Below, in pieces: positions 50,307 through 59,752 of a stretch of DNA of 64,000 nucleotides (positions within the stretch are counted from its first letter, which is position 1; each line of letters opens with the position of its first letter). The notes beneath the pieces were generated by a model, which saw nothing but the letters and a program-made list of their open reading frames with translations, ran no database searches and was not told the DNA's origin. Source of the stretch: Desulfarculia bacterium (GTDB lineage Bacteria > Desulfobacterota > Desulfarculia > Adiutricales > JAGVGV01). The DNA lies in NCBI GenBank assembly GCA_963662445.1, contig OY759590.1, positions 1,388,449 to 1,452,448 on the forward strand. Direction: 5' to 3'. The translations under genes were made by a program, and so were the position numbers.

Positions 50307-52094
50307 ATGACCAAACATCCCCATTCGTTTCATATACCGGTGATGGGTACGGGGTTCACCATTGATACGCCGCTTAAAGTGGCGCGGTACGGTATTTCGT
50401 CGGTTATCTCCCTGGTCGATGATGTTTTGATAGAAAAGGTCCGTAAATACCACTGCCAGCGCCTTAATGAGCCTTACGAGCCCATTGAGGCCGGTGTGCC
50501 GGACTCCAGAGCGCACCGCATCACGGCTTACCTGAATCTGCTGGACCGGCTGGTCCGGCGGCAGGTTACGGATTTGCAGGCTTCGTCTTTTGAAGGGAAT
50601 GGCGAAATCCGCCGCTATTATGACCTGCTGCCGGAGACGGACCTGAAGAAGCAGTACCGTAAGATGCTGGCGGAGACCGATGAAAAGGAAAAGGCTAGGC
50701 TTCAGGATGAATTGCGCCTCCAGGCTGTGCCCGGCAGTATTGACGTAAACATCATGACCAAGCTGGATTGTGATACTTACCGGAACGGAGAGAAGCAGCC
50801 GCCCGAGTATTCCGGGGCCATGTCCGCTCTGCGCGGCTATGCTCAAAGCACTTTGCGTTCTGCCATTGTCTTTTCGGCCGGCATCAGCCAGCGCCTCTAC
50901 GGATACGCCGCTCAGTTCGAGGATTTTTTTCCGGACAAGGCCGGCAATTTCATCAAGGAAATTGTGCTGAAGGTCAGCGATTACCGTTCGGCCCTCATTC
51001 AGGGTAAGTTTCTGGCCAACCGGGGTTTGTGGGTGGCCGAGTTCCGGGTCGAGTCCGGATTGAACTGCGGCGGCCACGCTTTTCTGAATCCCGGGCACCT
51101 GCTGGGGCCGGTCCTGGAGGAGTTCAAGGAGAAGCGGCGGGAGCTTTACGAAACCCAGTTGAAAGTCTACGAAAAAGCCCTGTCCGGGATGGGCCGTCCT
51201 TTGGACCAAGCTCCGCCGCAGGCGCGTCTGACCGTGCAGGGCGGCATCGGGACTGCGGGCGAGAACGATTTTCTGCTTAATTTTTACCAGGTCGACAGCA
51301 CTGGGTGGGGGACGCCTTTCCTGCTGGTCCCGGAAGCGACCAATGTGGACCAGGAGCATCTGGATCGTCTTATCCACGCGAAGAAGGAAGACGTGTATTT
51401 GAGCAACTCCTCGCCTTTGGGCGTGCCGTATTGGAGCCTGCGGACTTCTTACAGTGAAGAGGCCCGACGGCGGCGCATTCAGGAAGGCCATCCCGGCAGC
51501 CCTTGCCCCAACAAGCTGCTGGCTACTAACGCGGAATTCACCAAAATTCCCATCTGTCCGGCCTCCCGCCTGTATGTGAAGCGCAAGCTGGAACATCTGC
51601 CCGAGGAAGGGCTCTCTCCTGAGCAGTTGGCCGTAGTCAAGGCACTGGTTCTGGAAAAGACCTGCATCTGTCACGACTTGGCCGGGAGCGCCACCTTGAA
51701 GTACGGAATCGACCAGGACGCGACGCCTTCGGTCTGCTGCGGTCCGAATATACTGAATTTCAAAAAGATAGTCTCGCTTGAGGATATGGTGGGGCATATC
51801 TACGGCAGAATGTCGCTGCTGGCCAATTCCGACCGCCCGAACATGTTTCTTGAGGAGATCAGGCTCTATGTGGAGCAACTCCGGAAAGAGATGAAAGAAT
51901 TTTCCGATGGCCTGCAATCACGCCAGCAAAGTTATCTGGCCGGTTTTAAAAAGAATCTGTTGAGCGGGATTGAATACTACCGGGGGATGACCCGGCAGTT
52001 CATCGAGGACCAGCGGGACCGTTTTCTGGAAGAACTTAAATCCTTGCAGCAGGAAATAGAGATGATGTCCCTGCCCCGCCCGGCGGAAGGCTGA
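50307..52094 (+). CDS. Hypothetical protein, possible FMN TIM-barrel (NMO/FabK-like) with Cys cluster
   Basis: IPVMG, ESGLNCGGHA, VQGGIG, GWGTPFL; CP...CP...CICH...CC. Confidence 0.7.
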   Translation: MTKHPHSFHIPVMGTGFTIDTPLKVARYGISSVISLVDDVLIEKVRKYHCQRLNEPYEPIEAGVPDSRAHRITAYLNLLDRLVRRQVTDLQASSFEGNGEIRRYYDLLPETDLKKQYRKMLAETDEKEKARLQDELRLQAVPGSIDVNIMTKLDCDTYRNGEKQPPEYSGAMSALRGYAQSTLRSAIVFSAGISQRLYGYAAQFEDFFPDKAGNFIKEIVLKVSDYRSALIQGKFLANRGLWVAEFRVESGLNCGGHAFLNPGHLLGPVLEEFKEKRRELYETQLKVYEKALSGMGRPLDQAPPQARLTVQGGIGTAGENDFLLNFYQVDSTGWGTPFLLVPEATNVDQEHLDRLIHAKKEDVYLSNSSPLGVPYWSLRTSYSEEARRRRIQEGHPGSPCPNKLLATNAEFTKIPICPASRLYVKRKLEHLPEEGLSPEQLAVVKALVLEKTCICHDLAGSATLKYGIDQDATPSVCCGPNILNFKKIVSLEDMVGHIYGRMSLLANSDRPNMFLEEIRLYVEQLRKEMKEFSDGLQSRQQSYLAGFKKNLLSGIEYYRGMTRQFIEDQRDRFLEELKSLQQEIEMMSLPRPAEG

Positions 52095-52141
52095 TTCCGG
52101 GACAGAGATCAAAGAAAGTGGGGCGGCTTGGCCGCCCCACA

Positions 52142-52496
52142 CAGACTGTTGACAACCCTCTTTGTTTTCTTGCTGGGTTTTATCGGTCTTATCTACACCC
52201 CCAAAGCCGATTTTCCGGGTTCCCCTTTCTTCGGCGAACACGGATGTTCGCCCCCCGTCGAAGGGCATGGATGCCCGTTCGACGGGTTAAAAAAGGCCGG
52301 GGGTTCCAAGGGGACGCGGCCGCTTGGGCGTCACCTTGGTCTGAGCGGGAAAGAATGTCCGAAGTCATAGCCCTCTGCGGCAGGGGCGAAGCACCCCGCC
52401 TGAACAATCAGGCCCGGAGCCGTCTTCTCTTTTTCTTATCTTCAACTTTCTGTCCTGCTGTTCTTTCCGGAAATGCAAATTATGTCCGACAACCTT
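52142..52496 (+). mobile_element. MITE copy 3 in a bidirectional terminator, with a 19-22 bp hairpin direct repeat
   Basis: CAGACTGTTGACAA left end; degenerate right end; DR TGGGGCGGCTTGGCCGCCC at 52119-52137 and 52497-52515. Confidence 0.85.
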
Positions 52497-52539
52497 TGGG
52501 GCGGCTTGGCCGCCCACTTCTTTCCGGTGCCTGGCGGTG

Positions 52540-53997
52540 CTAGGACGCCGTAACCACCCTGTTGCGGCCTGATTCCTTGGCCTGGTACATGGCCTGGTCG
52601 GCCAGATGAAGAAGCTGCTCTGTCTCAGCCGTGCCATCCTCGGTGGTGGCCGCGCCTATGCTGACCGTAAGATTGAGCTGGCCGTGTTCGGTAGACAAAA
52701 CCGTCGACTCCACCTGACGCCTGATACGTTCGGCCACCAGAACCGCTTCATCCAGGTCAGTTTCCGGCAGGATGGCCACAAACTCCTCGCCGCCCAGGCG
52801 GCCGAGCATGTCCGAGGCCCGGAGTGAAGCCTGGATGGTTTCGGCCAGCATGACCAGGGCCTGGTCACCCGTCTGATGACCGTAGTTGTCATTGATGGAT
52901 TTGAAGTGGTCGGCGTCGATCATCAGCAGGCTGTACTGGTGATGGTGTCTGCCTGCCCGTATGGATTCGGCTTTCAGATTGCTCATGAGCTGGCGGCGGT
53001 TGGCGATCTGAGTCAGTTCATCGACGGTGGCCAGGACTTCCATGCGGCGCTGGAAATAGTTGACGGTCAGGACGACTATGACCAGAATCAGGCCGGAGGC
53101 CAAGAGCCCCACGGCGGTATTGGTGAAGAGAACCGAGCGAATGTCCTGCAGCGTGTCATCTTCTTTCTGCTCCACCACCAGATACCAGTCGAAACTGGGA
53201 AAATAACGGGCCGAAAGATAGACTTGCCGGCCGTTACGGGTGTATTCGAAACTTTCCGAATCGGATTTTTTCTTCAGTATTTCCCTGGCTATTTCCCTGA
53301 GCCCTTCCAGGTCGGCCATGGAGACTTTCTCGATCAGCGACTGGTCAGGGTGGACCTGGATCAGCCCGGAAGAGTCGGTCAGATAGACTGTGCAGTCGTA
53401 TTTTTTTTGATAATCGGCCAGGATACCGCCGATCTGCTTCATATTCAAACCCACCCCGGCCACCCCGAGAAAACGGCCCTGGTAATCCAGCAAACGGTGG
53501 TTGATGAAGATGGCCAGATTGCCGGCCGAGGCTTCGTCGGTATCCACGTCCAGTTCCATGTCCACGTTTTTATCTTTGAAGCCGTAATACCAGACGTCGT
53601 GGTTGTCATCGATGCTGACGGATTTCAGCACTCCGCCGTAGTAGTAATACTTCGAGGTTCGGTCGGAGACAAAAAAGGCGGTGAAGAAACCGTATTTTTT
53701 GCTTATCTCCTGGAGATATTTTGTTATTTCATCTATGTTTTTTTCGCCGCCCACAGACCAGTCCTTGAGGAACGTGTCGTTGGCCATCAGCGAAGAAACG
53801 TAAATAGGCATCATTAGGTCGTTCTGGATATCCGACAGGATGTTGTTGCTGATGAGAGGAAGAGTCTGGTTAAGGACGCCCGAACGGAAATGATTTTTGG
53901 AAACCAGGTAGCTGATGAGGCTGGTGGAAAAGAAGGCCAGGACCAGCAGGATGCTCAGAATCAGGACCAGTTTCGTCCGAATACTCATTTGTCTCAT
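52540..53997 (-). CDS. Cache-sensor diguanylate cyclase
   Basis: TM-periplasmic-TM; DELT, DADHFKSIND, RLGGEEF; start uncertain. Confidence 0.92.
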   Translation of the reverse strand: MRQMSIRTKLVLILSILLVLAFFSTSLISYLVSKNHFRSGVLNQTLPLISNNILSDIQNDLMMPIYVSSLMANDTFLKDWSVGGEKNIDEITKYLQEISKKYGFFTAFFVSDRTSKYYYYGGVLKSVSIDDNHDVWYYGFKDKNVDMELDVDTDEASAGNLAIFINHRLLDYQGRFLGVAGVGLNMKQIGGILADYQKKYDCTVYLTDSSGLIQVHPDQSLIEKVSMADLEGLREIAREILKKKSDSESFEYTRNGRQVYLSARYFPSFDWYLVVEQKEDDTLQDIRSVLFTNTAVGLLASGLILVIVVLTVNYFQRRMEVLATVDELTQIANRRQLMSNLKAESIRAGRHHHQYSLLMIDADHFKSINDNYGHQTGDQALVMLAETIQASLRASDMLGRLGGEEFVAILPETDLDEAVLVAERIRRQVESTVLSTEHGQLNLTVSIGAATTEDGTAETEQLLHLADQAMYQAKESGRNRVVTAS

Positions 53998-54121
53998 GCG
54001 GATTGTCAACCTCATGTCTGATCGCGGAAACGCGGTGCTGAATACCGATATATATAAATTTTGCCACGTCGTGGCCCGATCACGAAAAATCTCACTTCCC
54101 GGCTTACCCGCTACTTCATGC

Positions 54122-54160
54122 TGCGCCATTTTACGGACTGTCATTTTACGGACTGGCGCA
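54122..54160. repeat. 14-bp tandem duplication inside an inverted repeat
   Basis: CATTTTACGGACTG at 54127 and 54142, bounded by TGCGCCA...TGGCGCA. Confidence 0.6.
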
Positions 54161-54277
54161 TGGTCTGTATTCTTAGCATAATATCATAGTTCCTTGTCCA
54201 CGGATTTGTGGCAAATGCTGATTTGTTGTGTGGCCGTATATGGCCATATATTAGAAGTTGATTCATGGAGGAAATGA

Positions 54278-54724
54278 ATGAACGGGTTGGAATCGCGCCT
54301 GTCTGACAAATCGGTCAAGCCCGATGAGCAGATTCTCAGCGGCTGGCTGGGCCAGGCTGCTCACGCTCGCTGGCGAAGTCTGCTTGAAATAATCGACTTG
54401 AAATATCCGGGTGTCTTCGCCCCCGATTGGGTTTATGGCGGCCGGAAGCACGGCTGGGGGCTGCGTTATAAAAAGTCGAAGTCCTTCTGTACCCTGATTC
54501 CTGAGCGCGGGCGGTTTTTGCTTCAGATTGTTATCGGCGGAGCGGAACGCGAAAAGGCCGAGGCTGTTCTTCCTGAATTGTTTTCCCATGTGCGCCGGGA
54601 CTACGAGACAGCGGCTGTCTACCACGACGGCAAATGGATGTTGACGGAGGTGGACAGCGAAGATGCTCTGGCGGATGTGGAACGCCTGCTGAGCATCAAG
54701 CGTAAACCTGAAAATTCGGTCTGA
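54278..54724 (+). CDS. DUF3788-like protein
   Basis: W...GWGLRYKKSKSFCTLIP...YHDGKW. Confidence 0.8.
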   Translation: MNGLESRLSDKSVKPDEQILSGWLGQAAHARWRSLLEIIDLKYPGVFAPDWVYGGRKHGWGLRYKKSKSFCTLIPERGRFLLQIVIGGAEREKAEAVLPELFSHVRRDYETAAVYHDGKWMLTEVDSEDALADVERLLSIKRKPENSV

Positions 54725-54837
54725 AAAGGTTTTGCGGGAAAGACTTCCGGAGGGATTCTTTTCAAGTCTGCGAGCCGTCCCGCCGATATAGCCGTATAAC
54801 CTGTTTTCGCCCGGAAAGGCCTCGGAAAGGACTATTC

Positions 54838-55101
54838 ATGACCGAACTAAGCCCCATCGACCGTCTCTTGCGCACAGACAATGTACTGGAATACGACGGC
54901 AACCTCCAGGCCGACGCCCGGCGGGCCGGGCGGATGTTTGAAACATTCAATAAAGTCAATGAAACCATATCCCATCCGGATCAGGCCGGTCCTTCCATGA
55001 GCGATGTTCTGAGGGAGAGTTTCGAGATCAACAAGGAAATACTGACCGAGGCCCTGAAACTGAACCCGGCCAAAGGACTGGCGGTGGATACTTACGCCTG
55101 A
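54838..55101 (+). CDS. Small hypothetical protein with a YjfB-like C-terminal KGLAVDTYA
   Basis: 87-aa ORF with AAGGA RBS. Confidence 0.6.
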   Translation: MTELSPIDRLLRTDNVLEYDGNLQADARRAGRMFETFNKVNETISHPDQAGPSMSDVLRESFEINKEILTEALKLNPAKGLAVDTYA

Positions 55102-55281
55102 GTCTGCCGGCCTCCCTGGTTGCTCTTCTTTTTTGTTTTCATTGTCTGCTCCCAGATAAGCCCGCCGGGATCTTCCTTGCCGCTCTCCGGAAAAATTTCC
55201 TCCGGCTCTGCATCTGTTGCTGGAGTAAATTTTTACCCCGGCAAAGAGAGCTGGTATTCATAAAACCCTGAACTGTTTATG

Positions 55282-55313
55282 AAAAAGCCCGGCCGGGAAT
55301 TCCGGCCGGGCCT
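55282..55313. terminator. Terminator hairpin downstream of oadB
   Basis: AAAAAGCCCGGCCGG-GAATT-CCGGCCGGGCCTT. Confidence 0.65.
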
Positions 55314-55338
55314 TGTTATGGCGTGTACGGGAGAGACG

Positions 55339-56478
55339 TCAGATAATGGCCATGGCCTGAAGGACCGAGAGCATGATGGAGGCGGCCATGACCGAGCCAA
55401 TCTGGCCCGAGGTATTGGCAGCCATGGCGTGCATGAGCAGGTAGCCGCGCTTGTTGGCCTTGGAGCCTTCAACCTGGACCACCCTGGCGGCCATGGGATA
55501 GGCCGAGATGCCGGCTGCGCCGATGAGAGGGTTGACCTTGCCGCCCGTGAGCAGGCACATCAGCTTGCCGAAAAGGACTCCGACCACCGTATCCAGACAG
55601 ATGGCGATGAAGCCGAGGCCCAGAACCAGCAGGGTTTTGCCGGTCAGGAAGGCCTGTCCGTCCATGGTGGCCCCGATGGTTATGCCCAGAAGCAGCGTGA
55701 CGATGTTGGTCAGTTCGTTGGCTGCGGTGTTGGTCAGTCGCTGGACCACGCCGCATTCCTTCATCAGATTACCGAACATGATCATGCCCATGAGAGGCGC
55801 GCCAAAGGGGGCGATGAGGCAGGTCAGGACGGTAACGGCGATTGGAAAGACCACCAGGGCCGTTTTGGAGACCGTGGGCTTGAGGGTCGTCATGGCAATC
55901 TTGCGCTCTTTTTCCGTGGTCAGCAGGCGCATGATCGGCGGCTGGATGAGGGGCACCAGGGCCATGTACGAGTAGGCGGCTACCGAAACCTGCCCCAGGA
56001 GATGAGGTGCGTATTTACTGGTCACGTAAATGGACGTCGGACCGTCGCAGGCTCCGATTATGCCCGTGGCCACGGCTTCCAGAGGCGTGAAGCCGATAAG
56101 CAGGGCCAGGATGAGGGTCAGAAAGATGCCGAACTGCCCGGCCGCGCCCAGAAGGAATATCTTGGGGTTTTCCAGCAGAGGCGTGAAATCGGTCATGGCT
56201 CCTATGCCGATAAAGATGAGGCAGGGGAAGACTTCGGTGATAACGCCGAAGTTGTAAAAATGTCTGAACAGGCCTTCTTCAGCCATCAGGCCGCTTAAGG
56301 GGATATTGACCAGAAGGCAACCGAAGCCGATGGGCAGCAGCAGAAGCGGTTCGAAGCCCTTTTTGACGCCAAGGTAGATAAGCACCGACCCTATGATCAT
56401 CATAATGACCGCTTGCGGGGTGAGAGCCGCGAAACCGATGACCAATCCGCCCATTCCGTTCAATACTGATTCCAGCAT
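55339..56478 (-). CDS. oadB: Na+-translocating decarboxylase beta subunit
   Basis: EPLLLLPIGFG, GAAGQFGIF, IIGACDGPT, YSYMALVP, SAYPMAAR. Confidence 0.93.
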   Translation of the reverse strand: MLESVLNGMGGLVIGFAALTPQAVIMMIIGSVLIYLGVKKGFEPLLLLPIGFGCLLVNIPLSGLMAEEGLFRHFYNFGVITEVFPCLIFIGIGAMTDFTPLLENPKIFLLGAAGQFGIFLTLILALLIGFTPLEAVATGIIGACDGPTSIYVTSKYAPHLLGQVSVAAYSYMALVPLIQPPIMRLLTTEKERKIAMTTLKPTVSKTALVVFPIAVTVLTCLIAPFGAPLMGMIMFGNLMKECGVVQRLTNTAANELTNIVTLLLGITIGATMDGQAFLTGKTLLVLGLGFIAICLDTVVGVLFGKLMCLLTGGKVNPLIGAAGISAYPMAARVVQVEGSKANKRGYLLMHAMAANTSGQIGSVMAASIMLSVLQAMAII

Positions 56479-56491
56479 GTCCGCCCCTCCT

Positions 56492-56644
56492 TTATTCCCG
56501 AACTTCCGGTGAAGTCTTGGGGGAGGCCTCGCGGGGAAAGATTCGCTTGAGAATCTGGACCATCAGGGAAAGGACATAGAGGCTGACCAGAGTGCCGCCG
56601 GTTCCGGTTATCAGCATGGTCAAGCCGAATTCCAGTTTACTCAT
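56492..56644 (-). CDS. OadG-like small membrane subunit (50 aa, absent from the ORF track)
   Basis: MSKLEFGLTMLITGTGGTLVSLYVLSLMVQILKRIFPREASPKTSPEVRE; one TM helix, GGAG RBS, directly upstream of oadB. Confidence 0.8.
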   Translation of the reverse strand: MSKLEFGLTMLITGTGGTLVSLYVLSLMVQILKRIFPREASPKTSPEVRE

Positions 56645-57104
56645 GTCTTCACTCCAGAAAAGATAAGGGTTGGTGATTGAAGGGAACCGCGGGGGCAGGG
56701 TTGCGCTTCGGACAGCAAAACAGTCGGCTGTTATAGCTCAGGTCCGGCAAGAGTCAACAACAGCCGGAGTAGACTCAATCGTCACTAAATAATTCCTGCC
56801 AGGCTATGCCGGTCCCATTGTCCAATGCTCCATGGCCACTCAGAGTCCTGTACCAAGGAAACATTATCATTCTGAAATGAAACCAGGCCTGCGTCAATGT
56901 ATTTCGGGGGCGGGAGCAAGCGAACGTCCCTTTTGGTCGGAAAAAACAGAGAAAAAGCGGCCTGCCGGATAGATGGCGAGCTAACAAAAACCCCGTCGAA
57001 AAAGACGTGGGGGCGGCACTCTGTCCGTATGAATGCGGTTTTGTGTTCTGAGATGCGGAATTAATTCAGTGTTTGGGCGGCCGGGGGACGGCCGCCCGGA
57101 AGGA

Positions 57105-58475
57105 TTATCCCAATAATCTTTTCAGCCATTTCAGGTTGTTGCCGTAAGGCGGATAGAGCAGGGACAGGTCGGGCCGGAGTCTTTTATCCAATATGCCTTT
57201 CCGGTGCGAGAAGGCCTCAAAGCCGTAATGTCCGTGGTAACAGCCCATTCCGCTGTTGCCCACTCCGCCGAAGGGTAGGTTTTTATTGACGAACTGCATC
57301 AAACCAGCGTTGACGCAGCCGCCGCCGAAGGAAATTTCGGTCATGATTCTCTCAGCCCACTTCCTGTTTCGGGAAAAGGCATACAGGGCCAGGGGCTTTT
57401 CCATGCGCTTCAGCCTGTCTATTAACTCGCCGATTGATTTGTAGGTCAGGACCGGCAGGATGGGGCCGAAGATTTCTTCCCCCATGATCGGGCTCTCCCA
57501 AGCGACATTATCCAGAATGACCGGTTCAATGTAGAGATCGTTCCGGTCATGCCGTCCGCCGCAGACGGTTTGGCCGGAATCGAGCAGGCCGGTCAGGCGG
57601 TCGAAATGACGTTCGTTGATGATGCGGGCGTAATCCGGGGAGACCTGCGGGTCTTGACCGTAGAAGCGGCGGATCGTCTGCGCCAGCTCGTCCAGCAGGA
57701 GGGCCTTACCGTCCTCCGGTACCAGCAGGTAGTCCGGAGCGACGCAAGTCTGGCCGGCGTTGAAGAACTTGGCCCAGACGATGCGCCGGGCGGTGGTTTC
57801 CATGTCTATGTCCCTGTCGACTATGCACGGGCTTTTTCCACCCAGCTCCAGGAGCACGGGGGTGAGGTGTCTGGCGGCCGCCTCCATGACTATTTTGCCG
57901 ACCTCGGGGCTGCCGGTGAAGCAGATGAAATCGAATCTCTGGCGGAGAACTTCCCGGGAACTCTCGCCTTCCCCATGCAGGGCGGTGCAGTATTCCGGCG
58001 GAAAAATGGAGCGGATGATGTCGGCTATGATCGCGGAAGTAGCCGGGGCGAAGCGGGAAGGCTTGAGAACGGCGCAGTTGCCGGCGGCCAAGGCGTGAAC
58101 CAGAGGGTGGAGGCATGTGCCGAAGGGATAATTCCAGGGCGCGATGACCAGGCAGACCCCGTACGGTTCATAGATGACCTTGCTGGCCGCCGGGGCCAGG
58201 GCCAGGGGGGTGCACAGCCGTTTGGTCCTGGACCAGCGGGGCAGGTGCTTGATCGTGTAATCTATTTCCGACAGTACGGTGGCGATGTCGCTGGCATAGG
58301 CCTCCTGGGCGGGCTTGCGCAGGTCCTGATGCAGGGCGGCCAGGATTTCTTCTGTGCGTTCCCGTATCGCCGTGCGTAATTTTTTCAGGGCCTGAAGGCG
58401 AAAATCCAGAGGCCTGCTCTGGCCGGTGATAAAGTATTCTCTCTGGTTGTCGACAATTCTTTGCAGATCGGTCAT
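57105..58475 (-). CDS. Aldehyde dehydrogenase (ALDH3-like)
   Basis: PWNYP, FTGS, LELGGKSP, NAGQTCVAPD, EEIFGP. Confidence 0.95.
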   Translation of the reverse strand: MTDLQRIVDNQREYFITGQSRPLDFRLQALKKLRTAIRERTEEILAALHQDLRKPAQEAYASDIATVLSEIDYTIKHLPRWSRTKRLCTPLALAPAASKVIYEPYGVCLVIAPWNYPFGTCLHPLVHALAAGNCAVLKPSRFAPATSAIIADIIRSIFPPEYCTALHGEGESSREVLRQRFDFICFTGSPEVGKIVMEAAARHLTPVLLELGGKSPCIVDRDIDMETTARRIVWAKFFNAGQTCVAPDYLLVPEDGKALLLDELAQTIRRFYGQDPQVSPDYARIINERHFDRLTGLLDSGQTVCGGRHDRNDLYIEPVILDNVAWESPIMGEEIFGPILPVLTYKSIGELIDRLKRMEKPLALYAFSRNRKWAERIMTEISFGGGCVNAGLMQFVNKNLPFGGVGNSGMGCYHGHYGFEAFSHRKGILDKRLRPDLSLLYPPYGNNLKWLKRLLG

Positions 58476-58705
58476 TGGTCATCTCCCGTAGGCAGTAAAT
58501 GAGAAGCAGAAAAATAATCCGTGCCCAGGCCGCCGGGCGCTCCCTGGCGAGGTTTTTCCGGCATAAAATCAGGGCGGCGGCCAGGGCCATTTTCTATCGG
58601 ACGGTCCGGGGTGCGGCGCATGAGCACGTTCGCCCGGAAGGCCGGTTTGACTGTTGGCGTCCATGGTGTTTTTATTTTGTGCCGGGCTTTGGTTTTAGTT
58701 TCCAT
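58472..58705 (-). CDS. Uncertain 77-aa ORF (or long leader) between MarR and ALDH
   Basis: ATGA overlap with the ALDH start; no family recognised. Confidence 0.3.
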   Translation of the reverse strand: METKTKARHKIKTPWTPTVKPAFRANVLMRRTPDRPIENGPGRRPDFMPEKPRQGAPGGLGTDYFSASHLLPTGDDQ

Positions 58706-58709
58706 GTAA

Positions 58710-58729
58710 TTAGTTAAATGAATAAACTA
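58710..58729. promoter_or_regulatory. Candidate MarR operator upstream of the ALDH unit
   Basis: TAGTT-N9-AACTA; same motif at 59188-59206. Confidence 0.65.
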
Positions 58730-58750
58730 TATTGGCAAAAAAAATTTAAT

Positions 58751-59173
58751 TTACAGTTTAAGTTTGTCCAGCAACTCGACCAGGTTTTCAAATTCAAGGC
58801 CGTCAAGGCTTCGGCGTATGCGCTGGACAAACCCGATATTGGCGTTCCGGTAGACGCCGGCTATCTTGGCCCCTTTTTCGGTCAGGCCGATAAAATGGAC
58901 CCGGCGGTCGTCCGGGGACTGTTCCTTGTATGCGCAGCCTTCCTTGATCATCCGCTTGACCATGGCGGTGATGGCCGGCTTGGTCAGGCCCAGGCGTTCG
59001 GCCAGTTCAGTGGAAGACAAGGTGCCGGTTTCCCCTATGACGTTGAGGTAATAGAAATACCTGATCGGCAGATCGCCTCCGTCGATATGCTGAAGGGCCT
59101 TGACCTTCTCCGCGGTAATGGCGTTCTCGATTTTTTCGAGCAGCACCATGAGTTTTTTTTCGAGGTGACACAT
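58751..59173 (-). CDS. MarR family transcriptional regulator
   Basis: ELAERLGLTKPAITAMVKRM...DDRR...LTEKG. Confidence 0.9.
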   Translation of the reverse strand: MCHLEKKLMVLLEKIENAITAEKVKALQHIDGGDLPIRYFYYLNVIGETGTLSSTELAERLGLTKPAITAMVKRMIKEGCAYKEQSPDDRRVHFIGLTEKGAKIAGVYRNANIGFVQRIRRSLDGLEFENLVELLDKLKL

Positions 59174-59186
59174 GAGCGGCCTCAAG

Positions 59187-59207
59187 TTAGTTCATTAAAT
59201 TAACTAA
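59187..59207. promoter_or_regulatory. Candidate autoregulatory MarR operator
   Basis: TTAGTT-N9-AACTAA just upstream of marR; TTGACA on the minus strand at 59227-59232. Confidence 0.65.
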
Positions 59208-59345
59208 TATCCCCGGAAAGCGTTTTTGTCAAGAGTCTATCCCGGCGAAATCGGGGGGCAGTTGCAAAAAGAACAACGCCGCCCAAGAAAACGGCATTCT
59301 GTTGTCAACCGTAGGTGGAGAGAAACGGGCTTGGGGATGTATGGT

Positions 59346-59752
59346 GAGACTGTTGACAAACCCCTTTGTTGTCTTTATCAAGCTGACCTGCACCCCAAAA
59401 CGCTGTTTTTCCGGTTTCCCCTTTCTTCGGCGAACATGGATGTTCGCCCCCGGCGAAGGGCACGGATGCCCGTTCGACGGGTTAAAATAGGCCGGGGGTT
59501 CCAAGGGGACGCGGCCGCTTGGGCGTCCCCTTGGTCTGGCAGGCTTTCGCCTGCACCCGGCTCCGGAGGCTGACGCCTCCGGTATTATATTGCGGCTATA
59601 CGCGGGGGCAGCGACCAGCGGGAGCGCTGGGGGCGGCCAGCCCCCAGAGTTGGTCCAGGCGACAGCCTGGGGCGAAGCACCCCGCCTGCATAGTTGCTTT
59701 CGGAGCCTTCTTCTCTTTCAACGGCCTTTGAGGGGACTTTGTCAACAAGCTG
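59346..59752 (+). mobile_element. MITE copy 4 (composite; carries the second repeat family; no direct repeat)
   Basis: GAGACTGTTGACAAA ... TTTGTCAACAAGCTG; abuts hairpin CTGAAGGGAGGC-CGTA-GCCTCCCTTCAG on the right side only. Confidence 0.85.

Noticed and set aside
56645-57100. Na+-sensing or c-di-GMP riboswitch upstream of oadG
   Set aside because: Could not match the consensus elements by eye; an Rfam/Infernal scan would be needed
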